Shown: positions 28,700 to 38,665, counted from the stretch's first letter. The stretch: DNA of 64,000 nt from Pseudonocardia sp. (GCA_050701055.1 JBOHEO010000003.1:806-64805), one strand, 5' to 3'. Notes: generated by a model from the sequence alone, not told the origin. A program made the numbers and translations.

Positions 28700-28877
28700 T
28701 GCCGAGCTGCTGTGCCTGCGCCGCGAGCTGCGCCTGGAGCATCTCCACCGCGTCAGACCCGTGCAGCGCCGCAGCCTGCGCGGCGATCACCTCACGAAGG
28801 CCCGCGTTCGCCGCTCGAAGCTCGATGACCAACCCAGTCAGCTCCTCCACAGAGGACAGCACCGGCTCGGACACCAA
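28700..28877 (-). mobile_element. IS66-like transposase N-terminal fragment
   Basis: SVEELTGLVIELRAANAGLREVIAAQA...LQAQLAAQAQQLG coiled coil, typical of actinomycete IS66 TnpC starts. Confidence 0.5.
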
Positions 28878-28894
28878 CCCATAATCACCACATC

Positions 28895-29155
28895 AGTGGG
28901 CAGGATGGAGTCTTGGTAGCCGTCCTTGCTGGCCAGGTAGACCGTGAATCCCCAGCGTTGGGCCGACCCGCCGTAGCGCAGTCGCATCAGCGGCAGGACC
29001 TCGCTGTTGGGTAGCTGGGCGTCGACGTAGGTGAAGGGGCCGCGGTAGCGCAGGTGCAGGGTGGACAGCTGGGGCCAGTTGTCTCGGGCGTGGGCGCGCA
29101 GGTGCTGGGCCAGGGAGGTCTTGGTGGACTCCGGGATCGTGGGCACGGGTTTCAT
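28895..29155 (-). pseudogene. Truncated IS-associated passenger protein
   Basis: TIPESTKTSLAQHLRAHARDNWPQL...LMRLRYGGSAQRWGFTVYLASKDGYQDSILPT, which I recognise as usually adjacent to actinomycete transposases. Cut after ILPT. Confidence 0.55.
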
Positions 29156-29205
29156 CGTGATGCCTCGGCGTGTCCGACGGTCCGGGGACGCGAGGTCGGG
29201 CATCA

Positions 29206-29311
29206 TCCGAAGATCATTTGTGTGGTCTTCGGGAGGAGTGCTCGTGCCGACCCTGCGTGCCTGCGAGGTCACCTTGACCGCGTCGGAGCGTCATCGTCTC
29301 AAGAAGACGGG
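29206..29311 (+). mobile_element. IS630-like left end and transposase start
   Basis: GGGAGGAG SD, then VPTLRACEVTLTASERHRLKK, then an abrupt stop in similarity. Confidence 0.55.
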
Positions 29312-29321
29312 TGAAGGTGTG

Positions 29322-29602
29322 TCAGGCGGCGGGCTCCAGGGTGACCTTGTAGCCGAGGGTCTCGAGTTGGTGGACGTGGTTGCGTTTCTTGCGGTCCGGG
29401 TTGATGCGTTTGTCGTAGAAGTCGGCGCCGAGGTCGTGGAAGCGGGCGTCGGGTCGGACAGCAGGTGCCAGATGATGACCAGGATGGAGCGACCGACCGC
29501 GACGATGGCCTTCTTCTTGCCCCGGTGGCGGGCGAGGCGCCGATAGCGTTCGCCGAGGAAGGTGGTGGTCTTCCCGGCAGCGACGGCGGCCTCGCCGACC
29601 AC
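29322..29602 (-). mobile_element. IS110-family transposase C-terminal fragment (frameshifted)
   Basis: GEAAVAAGKTTTFLGERYRRLARHRGKKKAIVAVGRSILVIIWHLLSDP, then in another frame DLGADFYDKRINPDRKKRNHVHQLETLGYKVTLEPAA-stop. Confidence 0.85.
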
Positions 29603-29762
29603 CAGCACGGCCTCGACCTCTCCGTACGTGCCCTACTCGACGCTCTCGCCGGCATCGAGGAAACCGTCCTGCTCTCCCCCGGCGCCCGCGGCCGACCCAA
29701 AGCCCGCCGCATGATCACCGACACCGACCCGCTCCAGCAACAACTCTTCAACATCTTCCATT
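29603..29762 (+). mobile_element. IS1634-like transposase C-terminal fragment
   Basis: GLDLSVRALLDALAGIEETVLLSPGARGRPKARRMITDTDPLQQQLFNIF. Confidence 0.65.
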
Positions 29763-29884
29763 CACCGCTGGGCGCGAACGCGGGCAGCGCGAGCGGCTGG
29801 GTGCGTAGGTCCTGCGCTCCGGCGAGCACGACGACGGCCGGAGCCGGGCCGCCTCATCCGACGCCGCTGCTCCGCAGGGCGTCC

Positions 29885-30010
29885 CAACCCAGAGGCCGAG
29901 CGACGACCCCACCAGGCAATCGGTAGATCGTATCCTCGACGCGGCGGATCACCTTGGCGCCGTGCGGGTATCAGTCCTGCGGCGGTACTGGTCGTGGGCA
30001 GTACGGTCAT
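29885..30010 (-). pseudogene. APH-like phosphotransferase N-terminal remnant
   Basis: Shifted frame reads GAKVIRRVEDTIYRLPGGVVAR, similar to VELIRIGSNAVFRTGSDVVGR of 61876-62760. Confidence 0.55.
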
Positions 30011-30027
30011 GGTGCCGTCGGAGTTCG

Positions 30028-31353
30028 CTAGGTGATCACGGCTGAGTCGATGCGGTGGATCAGTTCGGCTACCTCGGTGAGGTTATTGTGTGGTTCGCCG
30101 AGGCGCCGGAGGTCGCGCATGTCGTCGGCTGCGCGTCGGGATCGGATGGTGGTTGCCGCGTCCATCACCTGTCTGCCGATCATGGCTGCCTCGCCGGGGT
30201 CGCCGGTCACCATTATCAGCGACGAAAGTTTGACCTGGGTCATCACGCGATAACGGGCGAATTCTGCGCTGTGACCGGTTGCCGCCGTTTCCAGACGATG
30301 ACGTGCCTCGGTGATGAAATGGCCGTGTACGGCGACATCCCAGAGCGCGTGTCCGGTACCCCCGGCATGCCGAGCAGCATCGTAGTAGCGCACGTACACC
30401 GGATCGTTGACCGGCTGGGCATGGCTGAACTCCTCGTCCGCTACGCCGACGGCGGCTACCGCATCCTGGATCCGGCCGAGTTTGGCGAGGGCTCGGGCAC
30501 GGTCTGAGTGCAGCATGGCGCGTTCGGTGGCGGTCAGCCGGTCGGCGCGGACCATGGCCAGCTCGGTGAAGGTCAGCCCGGCGTCGGGATCGCCGCACCA
30601 GATGGCTTGTCGGGCCGAAGAGGCCAGCACCTTGGCTCTGAGGTGCCAGTCCCCGGCCTCTTCGGCGCAGTGCTGGGCGAACTGGAACATGCGCCGGGCG
30701 TCGTCGTGGGCGTAGGCGTCGAACGCCATGAAACCGGTGACGTGCGCGAGGTGACCGACGGCGGAGAACAGCTCAGGCCGCACGCTGTCGGCGCATCGGG
30801 CGTTCAGCAGCTCGGCGCAGTGCTGGAGTTGGGCGGCGACGGCGTGCCGGAACATCCCCCCGCCGTAGAGACGGTCCCAACCGGAGAACGCGTGGGCGGT
30901 GGTGCGGACCTCGGCGACCTCGGTCGGTCCGACGACTGAGGGGACGGGGGTGGGTGGGGTGGGGATGACCAGGTGGGCGAACGCGGACGGTCCGGCCACG
31001 GCGGCCGCCCCCATCCTGAGAGTTGTCCGGATGAACTGTTGACGGTCCACACCCGTCACAGTAGAACGGCTACGTTGGGGCCGTCGGAAACCCAGTTCGG
31101 CATCGGTCGTGACACCGAGCACGGCTCGGAATCCCCCGCGTCGCAGGGCATCCTGTGGCCACCGGATTTTCCCCCGTTCGAGTTGTCCGATGTAGTTCGC
31201 GTTCATCTCGATCACGCGGTGCGGGTCGGTGTTGTCGTATACCCAGGCGTTGACGAGTTCGGCGAGTTCTTGACGGGACAGGGGTCCACCGGTCGCGTGC
31301 GGTGATATGACGCGTTCGCGGGCTCGGCGGAGGTGGTTGTTCGACTCGGTCAC
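30028..31353 (-). CDS. XRE/NsdA-like HTH regulator with TPR-like domain
   Basis: LSRQELAELVN...YIGQLERGKIRWP; VDRQQFI linker; WDRLYGGG; GFMAFDA; IRSRRA. Confidence 0.88.
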   Translation of the reverse strand: MTESNNHLRRARERVISPHATGGPLSRQELAELVNAWVYDNTDPHRVIEMNANYIGQLERGKIRWPQDALRRGGFRAVLGVTTDAELGFRRPQRSRSTVTGVDRQQFIRTTLRMGAAAVAGPSAFAHLVIPTPPTPVPSVVGPTEVAEVRTTAHAFSGWDRLYGGGMFRHAVAAQLQHCAELLNARCADSVRPELFSAVGHLAHVTGFMAFDAYAHDDARRMFQFAQHCAEEAGDWHLRAKVLASSARQAIWCGDPDAGLTFTELAMVRADRLTATERAMLHSDRARALAKLGRIQDAVAAVGVADEEFSHAQPVNDPVYVRYYDAARHAGGTGHALWDVAVHGHFITEARHRLETAATGHSAEFARYRVMTQVKLSSLIMVTGDPGEAAMIGRQVMDAATTIRSRRAADDMRDLRRLGEPHNNLTEVAELIHRIDSAVIT

Positions 31354-31394
31354 GGGCAGCCTTCCAGGCGGGTGAGCGGGTCAGTGTCACATCT

Positions 31395-31465
31395 GCCACC
31401 CCGGTGCGGTAATCGGCTCGCCACCCCGCTTCCCACCCGTAATTCCCACCCGCTACCCACCCGTA
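31395..31465. promoter_or_regulatory. Direct-repeat array (CCCACCCG/CCACCCCG x5) in a divergent promoter
   Basis: Copies near 31396, 31421, 31432, 31445 and 31456. Confidence 0.55.
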
Positions 31466-31520
31466 ACACCGCCGCGGCAGATCATGGTGTGTCGAGCTGG
31501 GTCGGCGCAGGCTCATCCGT

Positions 31521-31850
31521 GTGATCGAGCCGCTTTACACGACGTGGCATACGTCCATCGTGGACGGTTATGACCATGCCGTCACCGATGAGGAGATGGC
31601 CGCTGGTGGGGCGGCGCGATGCCAGGGCCGGCGGGCCGCGGTGTGCGGCGACGTCGTGCTGTGCGCCTCGCTGTGCAGCCCACCGGGCCCGCGTTGTGCC
31701 CGCTGCGCGGCGTTTCTGCACGCCCGGGCGGCAGCATCCGATGCCGCCCAGCGGGCGACGCCCCGGCATCGGCGACCCGGTCTGATCGCCCGGCTGCTCC
31801 GCCGCGGCACTTCGTCCCGGGCTGTGCGGGCCAAACGTACAAGGGGCTGA
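31521..31850 (+). CDS. Small Cys/His zinc-finger-like protein
   Basis: [11 protein letters not shown]...AVCGDVV...PPGPRCARC; divergent from the regulator. Confidence 0.7.
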   Translation: MIEPLYTTWHTSIVDGYDHAVTDEEMAAGGAARCQGRRAAVCGDVVLCASLCSPPGPRCARCAAFLHARAAASDAAQRATPRHRRPGLIARLLRRGTSSRAVRAKRTRG

Positions 31851-31963
31851 CTGAGAGCCCCACCACTCCCGGCACTCCGGGTCGCACCGGCGAGACGGCC
31901 GCCTCGGCTGGGGCCGTTCGACCGGCCGAAAAGGCCACGCGCGACGAGGTAACGTCCCGATCC

Positions 31964-33037
31964 ATGACGACCGCGGCCGTGACACTCGACCTTCTCGGAG
32001 ATCCCATCGACCTCTGCGCCGCGTTCGTGGACGTGCCCAGCGTCTCCGGTGACGAGGTCGTGCTGGCCGACGCGCTGGAACGGGCGCTGCGCGGCCAGGC
32101 TCCGCATCTGGAGGTGCTACGGTCCGGCGACGCCGTGCTCGCGCGGACGAACCTCGGCCGGGAGCGGCGGGTGCTGCTGGCCGGGCACCTCGACACGGTC
32201 CCGGTCGCGGACAACCTGCCCAGCCGGCGCGAAGGCGATCTGCTCTACGGCTGCGGCACCTCGGACATGAAGGCGGGCGACGCCGTCATCGCGCATCTGG
32301 CCGTCACCCTCACCGAACCCCGCCACGACCTCACGCTGGTGCTCTACGACTGCGAGGAGGTGGAGGCCGCCCGCAACGGTCTCGGTCGCATCGAGCGCGA
32401 GCACACCGACTGGCTCCGCGCCGACCTCGCGATCGTCGCTGAGCCCACCAACGCCACGGTGGAGGCCGGCTGCCAGGGCACGTTGCGGGCGCAGGTCCGC
32501 ACGCGCGGGCGACGTGCCCACTCCGCGCGTTCCTGGCTGGGTGACAACGCGGTGCACGCCACCGCGGCGGTGCTCGACCGGCTCAACGGTTACGTCGCCC
32601 GGGATGTGGACATCGACGGGTGCGGCTACCGCGAGGGCTTGCAGGCGGTCGGGATCATCGGTGGGGTGGCCGGGAACGTCGTGCCCGACGAGTGCGTGGT
32701 CACGGTCAACTTCCGGTTCGCCCCGGACCGCTCCGCCGCCGCCGCCCAGGCGCATGTCCGTGAGGTCTTCGACGGCTTCGAGGTCGCGATCACCGACCTG
32801 TCACCGGGTGCGCTGCCCGGGCTCGCCGAGCCGGCCGCGCGGGAGTTCCTGATCACGACCGGCACGACCGCACATGCCAAGTACGGCTGGACCGACGTCG
32901 CGCGCTTCGCGGCCCTGGGCATCCCCGCGCTCAACTACGGGCCGGGCGACCCGAACCTCGCCCACACCCGTGAGGAGCACGTCGATGTCGGCCGGATCAC
33001 TGCCGCGACGGCCGTCCTGCGCCGCTTCCTCGGCTGA
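31964..33037 (+). CDS. dapE: Succinyl-diaminopimelate desuccinylase
   Basis: [49 protein letters not shown]. Confidence 0.96.
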   Translation: MTTAAVTLDLLGDPIDLCAAFVDVPSVSGDEVVLADALERALRGQAPHLEVLRSGDAVLARTNLGRERRVLLAGHLDTVPVADNLPSRREGDLLYGCGTSDMKAGDAVIAHLAVTLTEPRHDLTLVLYDCEEVEAARNGLGRIEREHTDWLRADLAIVAEPTNATVEAGCQGTLRAQVRTRGRRAHSARSWLGDNAVHATAAVLDRLNGYVARDVDIDGCGYREGLQAVGIIGGVAGNVVPDECVVTVNFRFAPDRSAAAAQAHVREVFDGFEVAITDLSPGALPGLAEPAAREFLITTGTTAHAKYGWTDVARFAALGIPALNYGPGDPNLAHTREEHVDVGRITAATAVLRRFLG

Positions 33038-33043
33038 ACGCGG

Positions 33044-33517
33044 CTATAGCGCCAGCACGCCGGTGACGGCGCGCACCGCGCCGCCACCGGCGCCGTCGAG
33101 GAGCCGGCTGATGTCCGTCGGATCGGACGTGGCGACCGTCGCGGTTCCCCCGAACCGCTGGACGACGGCCAGCGCGGCCGCAGCGATATGGGCGTCGACA
33201 ACCGAGCCACCTTCCCCCGATCGGGCTCGCAGTGCGACGGCCTCAGCGGCGCGCGCCGCGGTGAGCGCATCAAAGCGCGCGTCGCGAAGGATTCGGTTTG
33301 CCGACGCCGGCGCTGCCGCTGGCGCCGTGCGGTCGTGGTTGCGCTCGACCAGGACGGATGTCGGGAGGACGACCAGTCCGCCGCTGTCGGACGCCACCTG
33401 AAGGTCGACGACCAGCGGACGCGACGGCCGACCGGTGCTGATCTGGGCGAGCGCCTCGTTGTCGAGTACGACGTGTGCAGGTGTACTGGTGTGGTCGGGC
33501 TTGTGCCGTCGCTTCAC
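33044..33517 (-). CDS. PIN-domain protein (putative toxin)
   Basis: PIN acidic pattern VVLDNEAL, PTSVLVE, SVVDAHI, VATSDPTDI. Confidence 0.75.
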   Translation of the reverse strand: MKRRHKPDHTSTPAHVVLDNEALAQISTGRPSRPLVVDLQVASDSGGLVVLPTSVLVERNHDRTAPAAAPASANRILRDARFDALTAARAAEAVALRARSGEGGSVVDAHIAAAALAVVQRFGGTATVATSDPTDISRLLDGAGGGAVRAVTGVLAL

Positions 33518-33930
33518 GCGGCGGGTTTGCCTGAGATCGCCAGGTGGCCGATCGTCGCCGTGAGAAGGTCCTCGGGGTGGACGTTCTGACCGAGCGCGTC
33601 GGCCATGTCCTCCAGGAGTGTCAGCAGATTCGGCCGGTCCGCGATCGGCAGCTTGCGCACGACGGCCATGCGATGTGCCACCTCCGCGACGGAGGGACGG
33701 TCCTCCGGATACCGCTCGTAGTGCTCCTCGAGTGCGGCCCCCAACGCCAGCCGCCGCAACTCCAGGTACAGTGCGTCGCCGGTGAGAGCCGACACCGAGT
33801 CGGCGAGTCCCATCGCGACGGCTGCCTTGGCGGCCTCGGTCAAGGCAGGGTCGAGATGTGCCGAAACCGGGCGGCCAGGCCCCTCACCCACACGATCGAG
33901 AGCATCGTGGAGCCGGTCCAGATTATCCAT
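33514..33930 (-). CDS. Putative antitoxin (RHH-like N-terminus)
   Basis: RPVSAHLDPALTEAAKAAVAMG...SVSAL; 4-bp GTGA overlap with the PIN gene. Confidence 0.6.
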   Translation of the reverse strand: MDNLDRLHDALDRVGEGPGRPVSAHLDPALTEAAKAAVAMGLADSVSALTGDALYLELRRLALGAALEEHYERYPEDRPSVAEVAHRMAVVRKLPIADRPNLLTLLEDMADALGQNVHPEDLLTATIGHLAISGKPAA

Positions 33931-33992
33931 AACAGCCAGCGTAACAGGCACTGCACCTGGCCGACTCGTCCCGCGTCACTACCCTGGCGCCC

Positions 33993-34757
33993 ATGACCGT
34001 CAACGGGGACCGGCGCCCCGACGAGAAGCAGCGCGGCCCCGTGGTGTTGCGCCGCGACCAGCGCAACGAGGCCACCACCACCGACCAGCGCCTGCTCGAC
34101 TCCCGCGGCCCCAGCGACTGGGTGCACACCGACCCGTGGCGGGTGCTGCGCATCCAGGCCGAGTTCGTCGAGGGCTTCGGGATGCTCGCCGAGCTGCCCC
34201 GGGCTGTCACCGTGTTCGGTTCCGCGCGCACCCCGCGCGACCACGTCGAGTACGCACAGGGCCGGGCGCTGGGCACCGCGCTCGCCGAGGCCGGGTTCGC
34301 GGTGATCACCGGCGGTGGCCCGGGGGTCATGGAGGCGGCGAACAAGGGCTGCTCGGACGCGGGCGGGATGTCGGTCGGGCTGGGCATCGAGCTGCCGTTC
34401 GAGCAGGGCCTCAACGACTACGTCGACCTCGGCATCAACTTCCGCTACTTCTTCGCCCGCAAGACGATGTTCGTCAAGTACTCGCAGGCGTTCGTCTGCC
34501 TCCCCGGTGGTTTCGGCACCCTCGACGAGCTGTTCGAGGCGCTCACCCTGGTGCAGACGAAGAAGGTCACCAAGTTCCCGGTGGTGCTGCTGGGCAGCGA
34601 CTACTGGGGCGGGCTCTACGACTGGATCGCCAAGACCGTGCTCGAGAGCGGCAAGATCGGCGAGAAGGACCTCGCGCTGCTGCACCTCACCGACGACGTC
34701 GACGACGCGGTGGAGGTGGTGCGCGAGGCCTACCGCGCGTGGGAGAAGGCGCATTGA
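33993..34757 (+). CDS. LOG-family (TIGR00730) protein
   Basis: TVFGSAR, TGGGPGVMEAAN, FRYFFARKTMF, PGGFGTLDE. Confidence 0.94.
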   Translation: MTVNGDRRPDEKQRGPVVLRRDQRNEATTTDQRLLDSRGPSDWVHTDPWRVLRIQAEFVEGFGMLAELPRAVTVFGSARTPRDHVEYAQGRALGTALAEAGFAVITGGGPGVMEAANKGCSDAGGMSVGLGIELPFEQGLNDYVDLGINFRYFFARKTMFVKYSQAFVCLPGGFGTLDELFEALTLVQTKKVTKFPVVLLGSDYWGGLYDWIAKTVLESGKIGEKDLALLHLTDDVDDAVEVVREAYRAWEKAH

Positions 34758-35413
34758 CCGGGGGCGTCGCCGTCTGCGTCTACTGCGCGTCGTCGCCGGA
34801 CATCCCGCCGCATTACCTGGAACTGGCCGCCGCGGTCGGTCGGGAAATCGCCCGGCGCGGCTGGGAGCTCGTCTCCGGTGGCGGCCGGGTCTCGATGATG
34901 GGCGCGGTCGCGACGGCGGCACGCGCCGGCGGGGCGCGGACGACCGGGGTCATCCCGCAGGCGCTGCTCGACCTGGAGGTGGCGGACACGAGCGCCGACG
35001 AGCTGCTGGTCACCCGGACGATGCGCGAGCGCAAGGCGCTCATGGAGGCCCGCGCCGACGCGTTCCTCACCCTGCCTGGTGGCATCGGCACCTGCGAGGA
35101 GCTGTTCGAGGTCTGGACGGCCGGCACGCTCGGCATGCACGCGAAGCCGGTGGTGCTGCTCGACCCCGACGGGCACTACGCGGGCCTGCTGGCGTGGCTG
35201 GATGGGCTCGGGGAACGCGGCTTCTTCCGGACCGACGCGCTGGCCCGGCTCGTGGTCGTCACGGACGTGCCGGCGGCCCTGGACGCCTGCGTGCCCGGGT
35301 TGCCGGCCCATCGTGCGGGCCGGGAAGGTGCGGATTCCGGACGCGCGGCCGACGGCGACGCGGGACCGGACCTGCTGATGCAGGAGTGCGTCGTTCAGGT
35401 GGCCGACCAGTAG
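34754..35413 (+). CDS. log: LOG-family phosphoribohydrolase (Rv1205-like)
   Basis: VCVYCASS, SGGGRVSMMG, TMRERKALM, PGGIGTCEE. TTG start overlaps the upstream stop. Confidence 0.9.
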   Translation: MTGGVAVCVYCASSPDIPPHYLELAAAVGREIARRGWELVSGGGRVSMMGAVATAARAGGARTTGVIPQALLDLEVADTSADELLVTRTMRERKALMEARADAFLTLPGGIGTCEELFEVWTAGTLGMHAKPVVLLDPDGHYAGLLAWLDGLGERGFFRTDALARLVVVTDVPAALDACVPGLPAHRAGREGADSGRAADGDAGPDLLMQECVVQVADQ

Positions 35414-35565
35414 CCTGCCCTTCCAAGCCAGGTGCGGTCGGTCCGCGCGGGAGAGCTGTCCACCAGATCGTCGACCCGGCCTTCGCGAGCAGGGTGACGG
35501 TTCCAGCTTCTCGCCGCACCCGTCGTGTCCAGTGCAGCACCGCATGAGTTTGCAGCACGACGTCG

Positions 35566-35620
35566 GCTTCATGATCACCGAAGGGGAACGCAGAGCCCAT
35601 CCCGTACGGCTCCCCGTACC
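35566..35620. repeat. About 55-bp dispersed repeat, copy 2
   Basis: GCTTCATGATCACCGAAGGGGAACGCAGAGCCCATCCCGTACGGCTCCCCGTACC. Confidence 0.8.
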
Positions 35621-35950
35621 GAGACGGTGACCTTGACAGGTCACCGCGACCCCGACGGTGCCATGACCATCGGTGCGGAACCCGGAACCGCACTCGGCAC
35701 GGCTGACGGTTCCCCAACAGCGATCAAGCGCTCGGCACCTTCAGCCCACCGGATCCCGCACCACCTCACGCGTGCCCTCGCCCGACCGAAACCACCTCCG
35801 GCGCCACCGCGGGTCCAGCCGCGAACTCGGCGAGCCGGTGTGCAGCGAGGTGTCGTAGCCGTCCCGATCCTCGATCTCGGCGACGTGCGGCATTGATCAC
35901 TGCAGTGAGCGCATGCGGCTGCGTACCCGTCTCGTGCGACGATCGACCGC

Positions 35951-36820
35951 ATGACGGTCAGGCTCCGGTTCGGCACCCGCGAGCCCGCCGCCGACCGGGC
36001 GCTGGTGATGGCCATCGTCAACCGCACCCCGGACTCCTTCTACGACCGGGGCGCCACGTTCTCCGACGCTGCGGCGATGGCCAGGGTCGACGTCGCGATC
36101 GCCGAGGGTGCCGACATCATCGACATCGGTGGGGTCAAGGCCGGGTCCGGGCCCGATGTCGACGCGGCGGAGGAGATCAGCCGGGTCGTGCCGTTCGTGG
36201 CGGCGGTCCGCGCCCGCCATCCCGACGTCGTGATCAGCGTGGACACCTGGCGTGGCGCGGTCGGTCGCCTCGCCGTGGCCGAGGGCGCGGACCTGCTCAA
36301 CGACCCGTGGGCCGGTGCTGACCCGACGCTCGCCGAGGTGGCGGCGGAGACCGGCGTGGGGATCGTCTGCTCGCACACCGGAGGGGCGCGGCCGCGGCGG
36401 CGTCCGCACCGGGTGCGCTACGCCGACGTCGTCACCGACGTCCTCGCCGACGTCTGCGGCCAGGCCGAGCGGCTCGTTGAGCTGGGCGTTCCGCGGTCGG
36501 GCATCCTCATCGACCCCACCCACGACTTCGGCAAGAACACCTGGCACGGGCTGGCCTTGTTACGCCGATGTGAAGAGCTTGTTGCGAGCGGATGGCCGGT
36601 GCTCATGGCCCTGTCGAACAAGGACTTCGTCGGCGAGACTCTCGGCGTGGCGCTCACCGAGCGGCTCGAGGGCACCCTCGCCGCCACCGCGCTGGCCGCG
36701 GCGGCCGGCGCGCGGGTGTTCCGGGCCCACGAGGTGGGGGCCACCCGGCGCACTGTGGACATGGTCGCGGCGATAGCGGGTAGCCGGCCTCCGGCGCGCA
36801 CAGTCCGCGCACTGGCCTGA
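35951..36820 (+). CDS. folP: Dihydropteroate synthase homolog (FolP2-like)
   Basis: MAIVNRTPDSFYDRG, ISVDTWR, DPTHDFGKNT, LSNKDFVGE, FRAHEV. Confidence 0.94.
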   Translation: MTVRLRFGTREPAADRALVMAIVNRTPDSFYDRGATFSDAAAMARVDVAIAEGADIIDIGGVKAGSGPDVDAAEEISRVVPFVAAVRARHPDVVISVDTWRGAVGRLAVAEGADLLNDPWAGADPTLAEVAAETGVGIVCSHTGGARPRRRPHRVRYADVVTDVLADVCGQAERLVELGVPRSGILIDPTHDFGKNTWHGLALLRRCEELVASGWPVLMALSNKDFVGETLGVALTERLEGTLAATALAAAAGARVFRAHEVGATRRTVDMVAAIAGSRPPARTVRALA

Positions 36821-36895
36821 GGGGCCGGCCAGGCTTAATCTCCAGGCATCGGCATCGGCATCGGGCCGGGAAGCTCATTTAGCAGAGGAGATCTC

Positions 36896-37843
36896 GTGGA
36901 TCCCGTCACCGAGCAGTGGTTCGCCGACCGCACCTGGCAGTCCCCCGACTGGACCGTTGCCGACCTCCTCGCGGCCAAGGCGGGCCGGCGGGTGTCCGTG
37001 GTGTTGCCCGCACTCGACGAGGAGGAGACCGTCGGCGCGATCGTCGCGGCCATCGTGCCGTTGACCTGCGGTCCGCAGCCCCTGGTGGACGAGCTGGTCG
37101 TGATGGACTCCGGCTCCACCGACCGCACGGTGGAGCTGGCCGCGGCGGCCGGCGCGCGGGTCGTGCTGCGCACCGACGTGCTCGCCGACCTCGAACCGCA
37201 ACCGGGCAAGGGTGAGGTGCTGTGGCGCGCGCTGGCTGCCACCACCGGTGACGTGCTCGTCTACCTGGACTCCGACCTCGTCGACTTCGACCCCGGATTC
37301 GTGCCCGCCCTGCTCGGACCGCTGCTCACGGTGCCCGGCGTCGGCCTGGTGAAGGGCTTCTACCGGCGCCCGCTGCGGCTGGAGACCACGCAGGCCGACA
37401 CCGGCGGTGGGCGTGTCACCGAGCTGCTCGCCCGCCCGTTGCTCGCGGCGCTGCGCCCGGAGCTCTGCGGGATCGTCCAACCTCTGGGCGGGGAGTACGC
37501 CGGCACCCGGGAACTGCTGGAGTCGGTGCCCTTCGCCGCCGGTTACGGCGTCGAGATCGGGCTCCTCCTCGACACCCATGCCCTGCTCGGGCTCGCCGGG
37601 CTCGCCCAGGTGAACCTCGGCGTGCGCAAGCACCGCAACCGCTCCCTGGTCCAGCTCGGGGTGATGGCGCGTCAGATCCTCGCGGTGGGTCTCGCCCGTT
37701 GTGGACTGGCCGACTCCGGTGGTGTGCTCACCCAGTTCATCCAGGTCAGCGGCGAGTGGCTGCCGACGTCGACGACGGTCGACGTGGCGCTGCGCCCACC
37801 CATGCGCGAGGTGCTCGCCACCCGCCGGCGAGGCCCCTGCTGA
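36896..37843 (+). CDS. gpgS: Glucosyl-3-phosphoglycerate synthase
   Basis: VLPALDEEETV, DSGSTD, GKGEVLWR, GGGRVTEL, QPLGGEYA, YGVEIGLL. Confidence 0.94.
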   Translation: MDPVTEQWFADRTWQSPDWTVADLLAAKAGRRVSVVLPALDEEETVGAIVAAIVPLTCGPQPLVDELVVMDSGSTDRTVELAAAAGARVVLRTDVLADLEPQPGKGEVLWRALAATTGDVLVYLDSDLVDFDPGFVPALLGPLLTVPGVGLVKGFYRRPLRLETTQADTGGGRVTELLARPLLAALRPELCGIVQPLGGEYAGTRELLESVPFAAGYGVEIGLLLDTHALLGLAGLAQVNLGVRKHRNRSLVQLGVMARQILAVGLARCGLADSGGVLTQFIQVSGEWLPTSTTVDVALRPPMREVLATRRRGPC

Positions 37844-37880
37844 CGTCCGCTGCCGCGACGCCCTGTGGTTGCATGCAGCG

Positions 37881-38192
37881 GTGGGCACCGCGCTGGTCTA
37901 TCTGCTGGTCGTGCTCGCCGTGGCCACCGTGGTGTTCGTCGTCGCCGCCGGGGTGTTCGGGCGCGGCGAGGAGCTCGGGCCGCTGCCGTCGGGTGGCACG
38001 CCCACCCGCCTGCCGGCGACCGGTGCGATCGAGGGCGAGCACGTCCGCGAGCTGCGGTTCCAGCAGGTGCTGCGGGGCTATCGGATGGAAGAGGTGGACT
38101 GGGTGCTCGATCGGTTGGCCGGAGAGCTCGACCGCGTCGGCATGGAGCGGGACGGGCTGTTGGCCCGGGTCGCCGAGCTGGAGGCCCGATGA
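37881..38192 (+). CDS. DivIVA-domain membrane protein
   Basis: N-terminal TM, FGRGEEL, LRFQQVLRGYRMEEVDWVLDRL. Confidence 0.9.
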   Translation: MGTALVYLLVVLAVATVVFVVAAGVFGRGEELGPLPSGGTPTRLPATGAIEGEHVRELRFQQVLRGYRMEEVDWVLDRLAGELDRVGMERDGLLARVAELEAR

Positions 38193-38665
38193 GCGAGGTC
38201 GAGCTGACCGTGCCGGTGGACGTGAACGTCCCCGCGGGTGTGCTGTGGTGGCGGGTCACCGACTGGGCGCGGCAGGGCGAGTGGATGCTCGGCACCCGGG
38301 TCACCGTGACGGCGGGCGACGGGCGCAGCGTCGGATCCCGGCTGGCCGCCTTCACCGGGCTCGGCCCCGTCGGGTTCACCGACCCGATGGAGCTCGTCGA
38401 GTACGTCGAGGGCGGGCCATGGCGGGCCGTGGTCGCGCACACCGGGAAGCTCGTGCGCGGCCACGGCGTGTTCGAGGTGGTCGAGCTCGGCCCGACCCGC
38501 TGCCGCCTGCTCTGGACCGAGCTGCTGGAGCTGCCGCCGGGTGCGCTGGGACGCGCGGGTTGGCCGCTGGTGCGGCCGGCGTTGCGCGCAGGGGTGGCGC
38601 AATCCCTGCGGAAGCTGGCCCGACTCTGCGAGGCGGAGCATCGGGCGCGTGGGACCATGCCCTGA
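38189..38665 (+). CDS. SRPBCC/polyketide cyclase-like protein
   Basis: VTDWARQGEWMLGTRV, FTGLGPVGFTDPM, HTGKLVRG. Confidence 0.88.
   Translation: MSEVELTVPVDVNVPAGVLWWRVTDWARQGEWMLGTRVTVTAGDGRSVGSRLAAFTGLGPVGFTDPMELVEYVEGGPWRAVVAHTGKLVRGHGVFEVVELGPTRCRLLWTELLELPPGALGRAGWPLVRPALRAGVAQSLRKLARLCEAEHRARGTMP

Noticed and set aside
33993..35413. Tandem LOG genes as a novel cytokinin system
   Set aside because: LOG genes between dapE and folP2 are a usual actinobacterial arrangement.
36846..36863. GGCATC hexamer run before gpgS
   Set aside because: Three-unit intergenic microsatellite, too short to imply phase variation.
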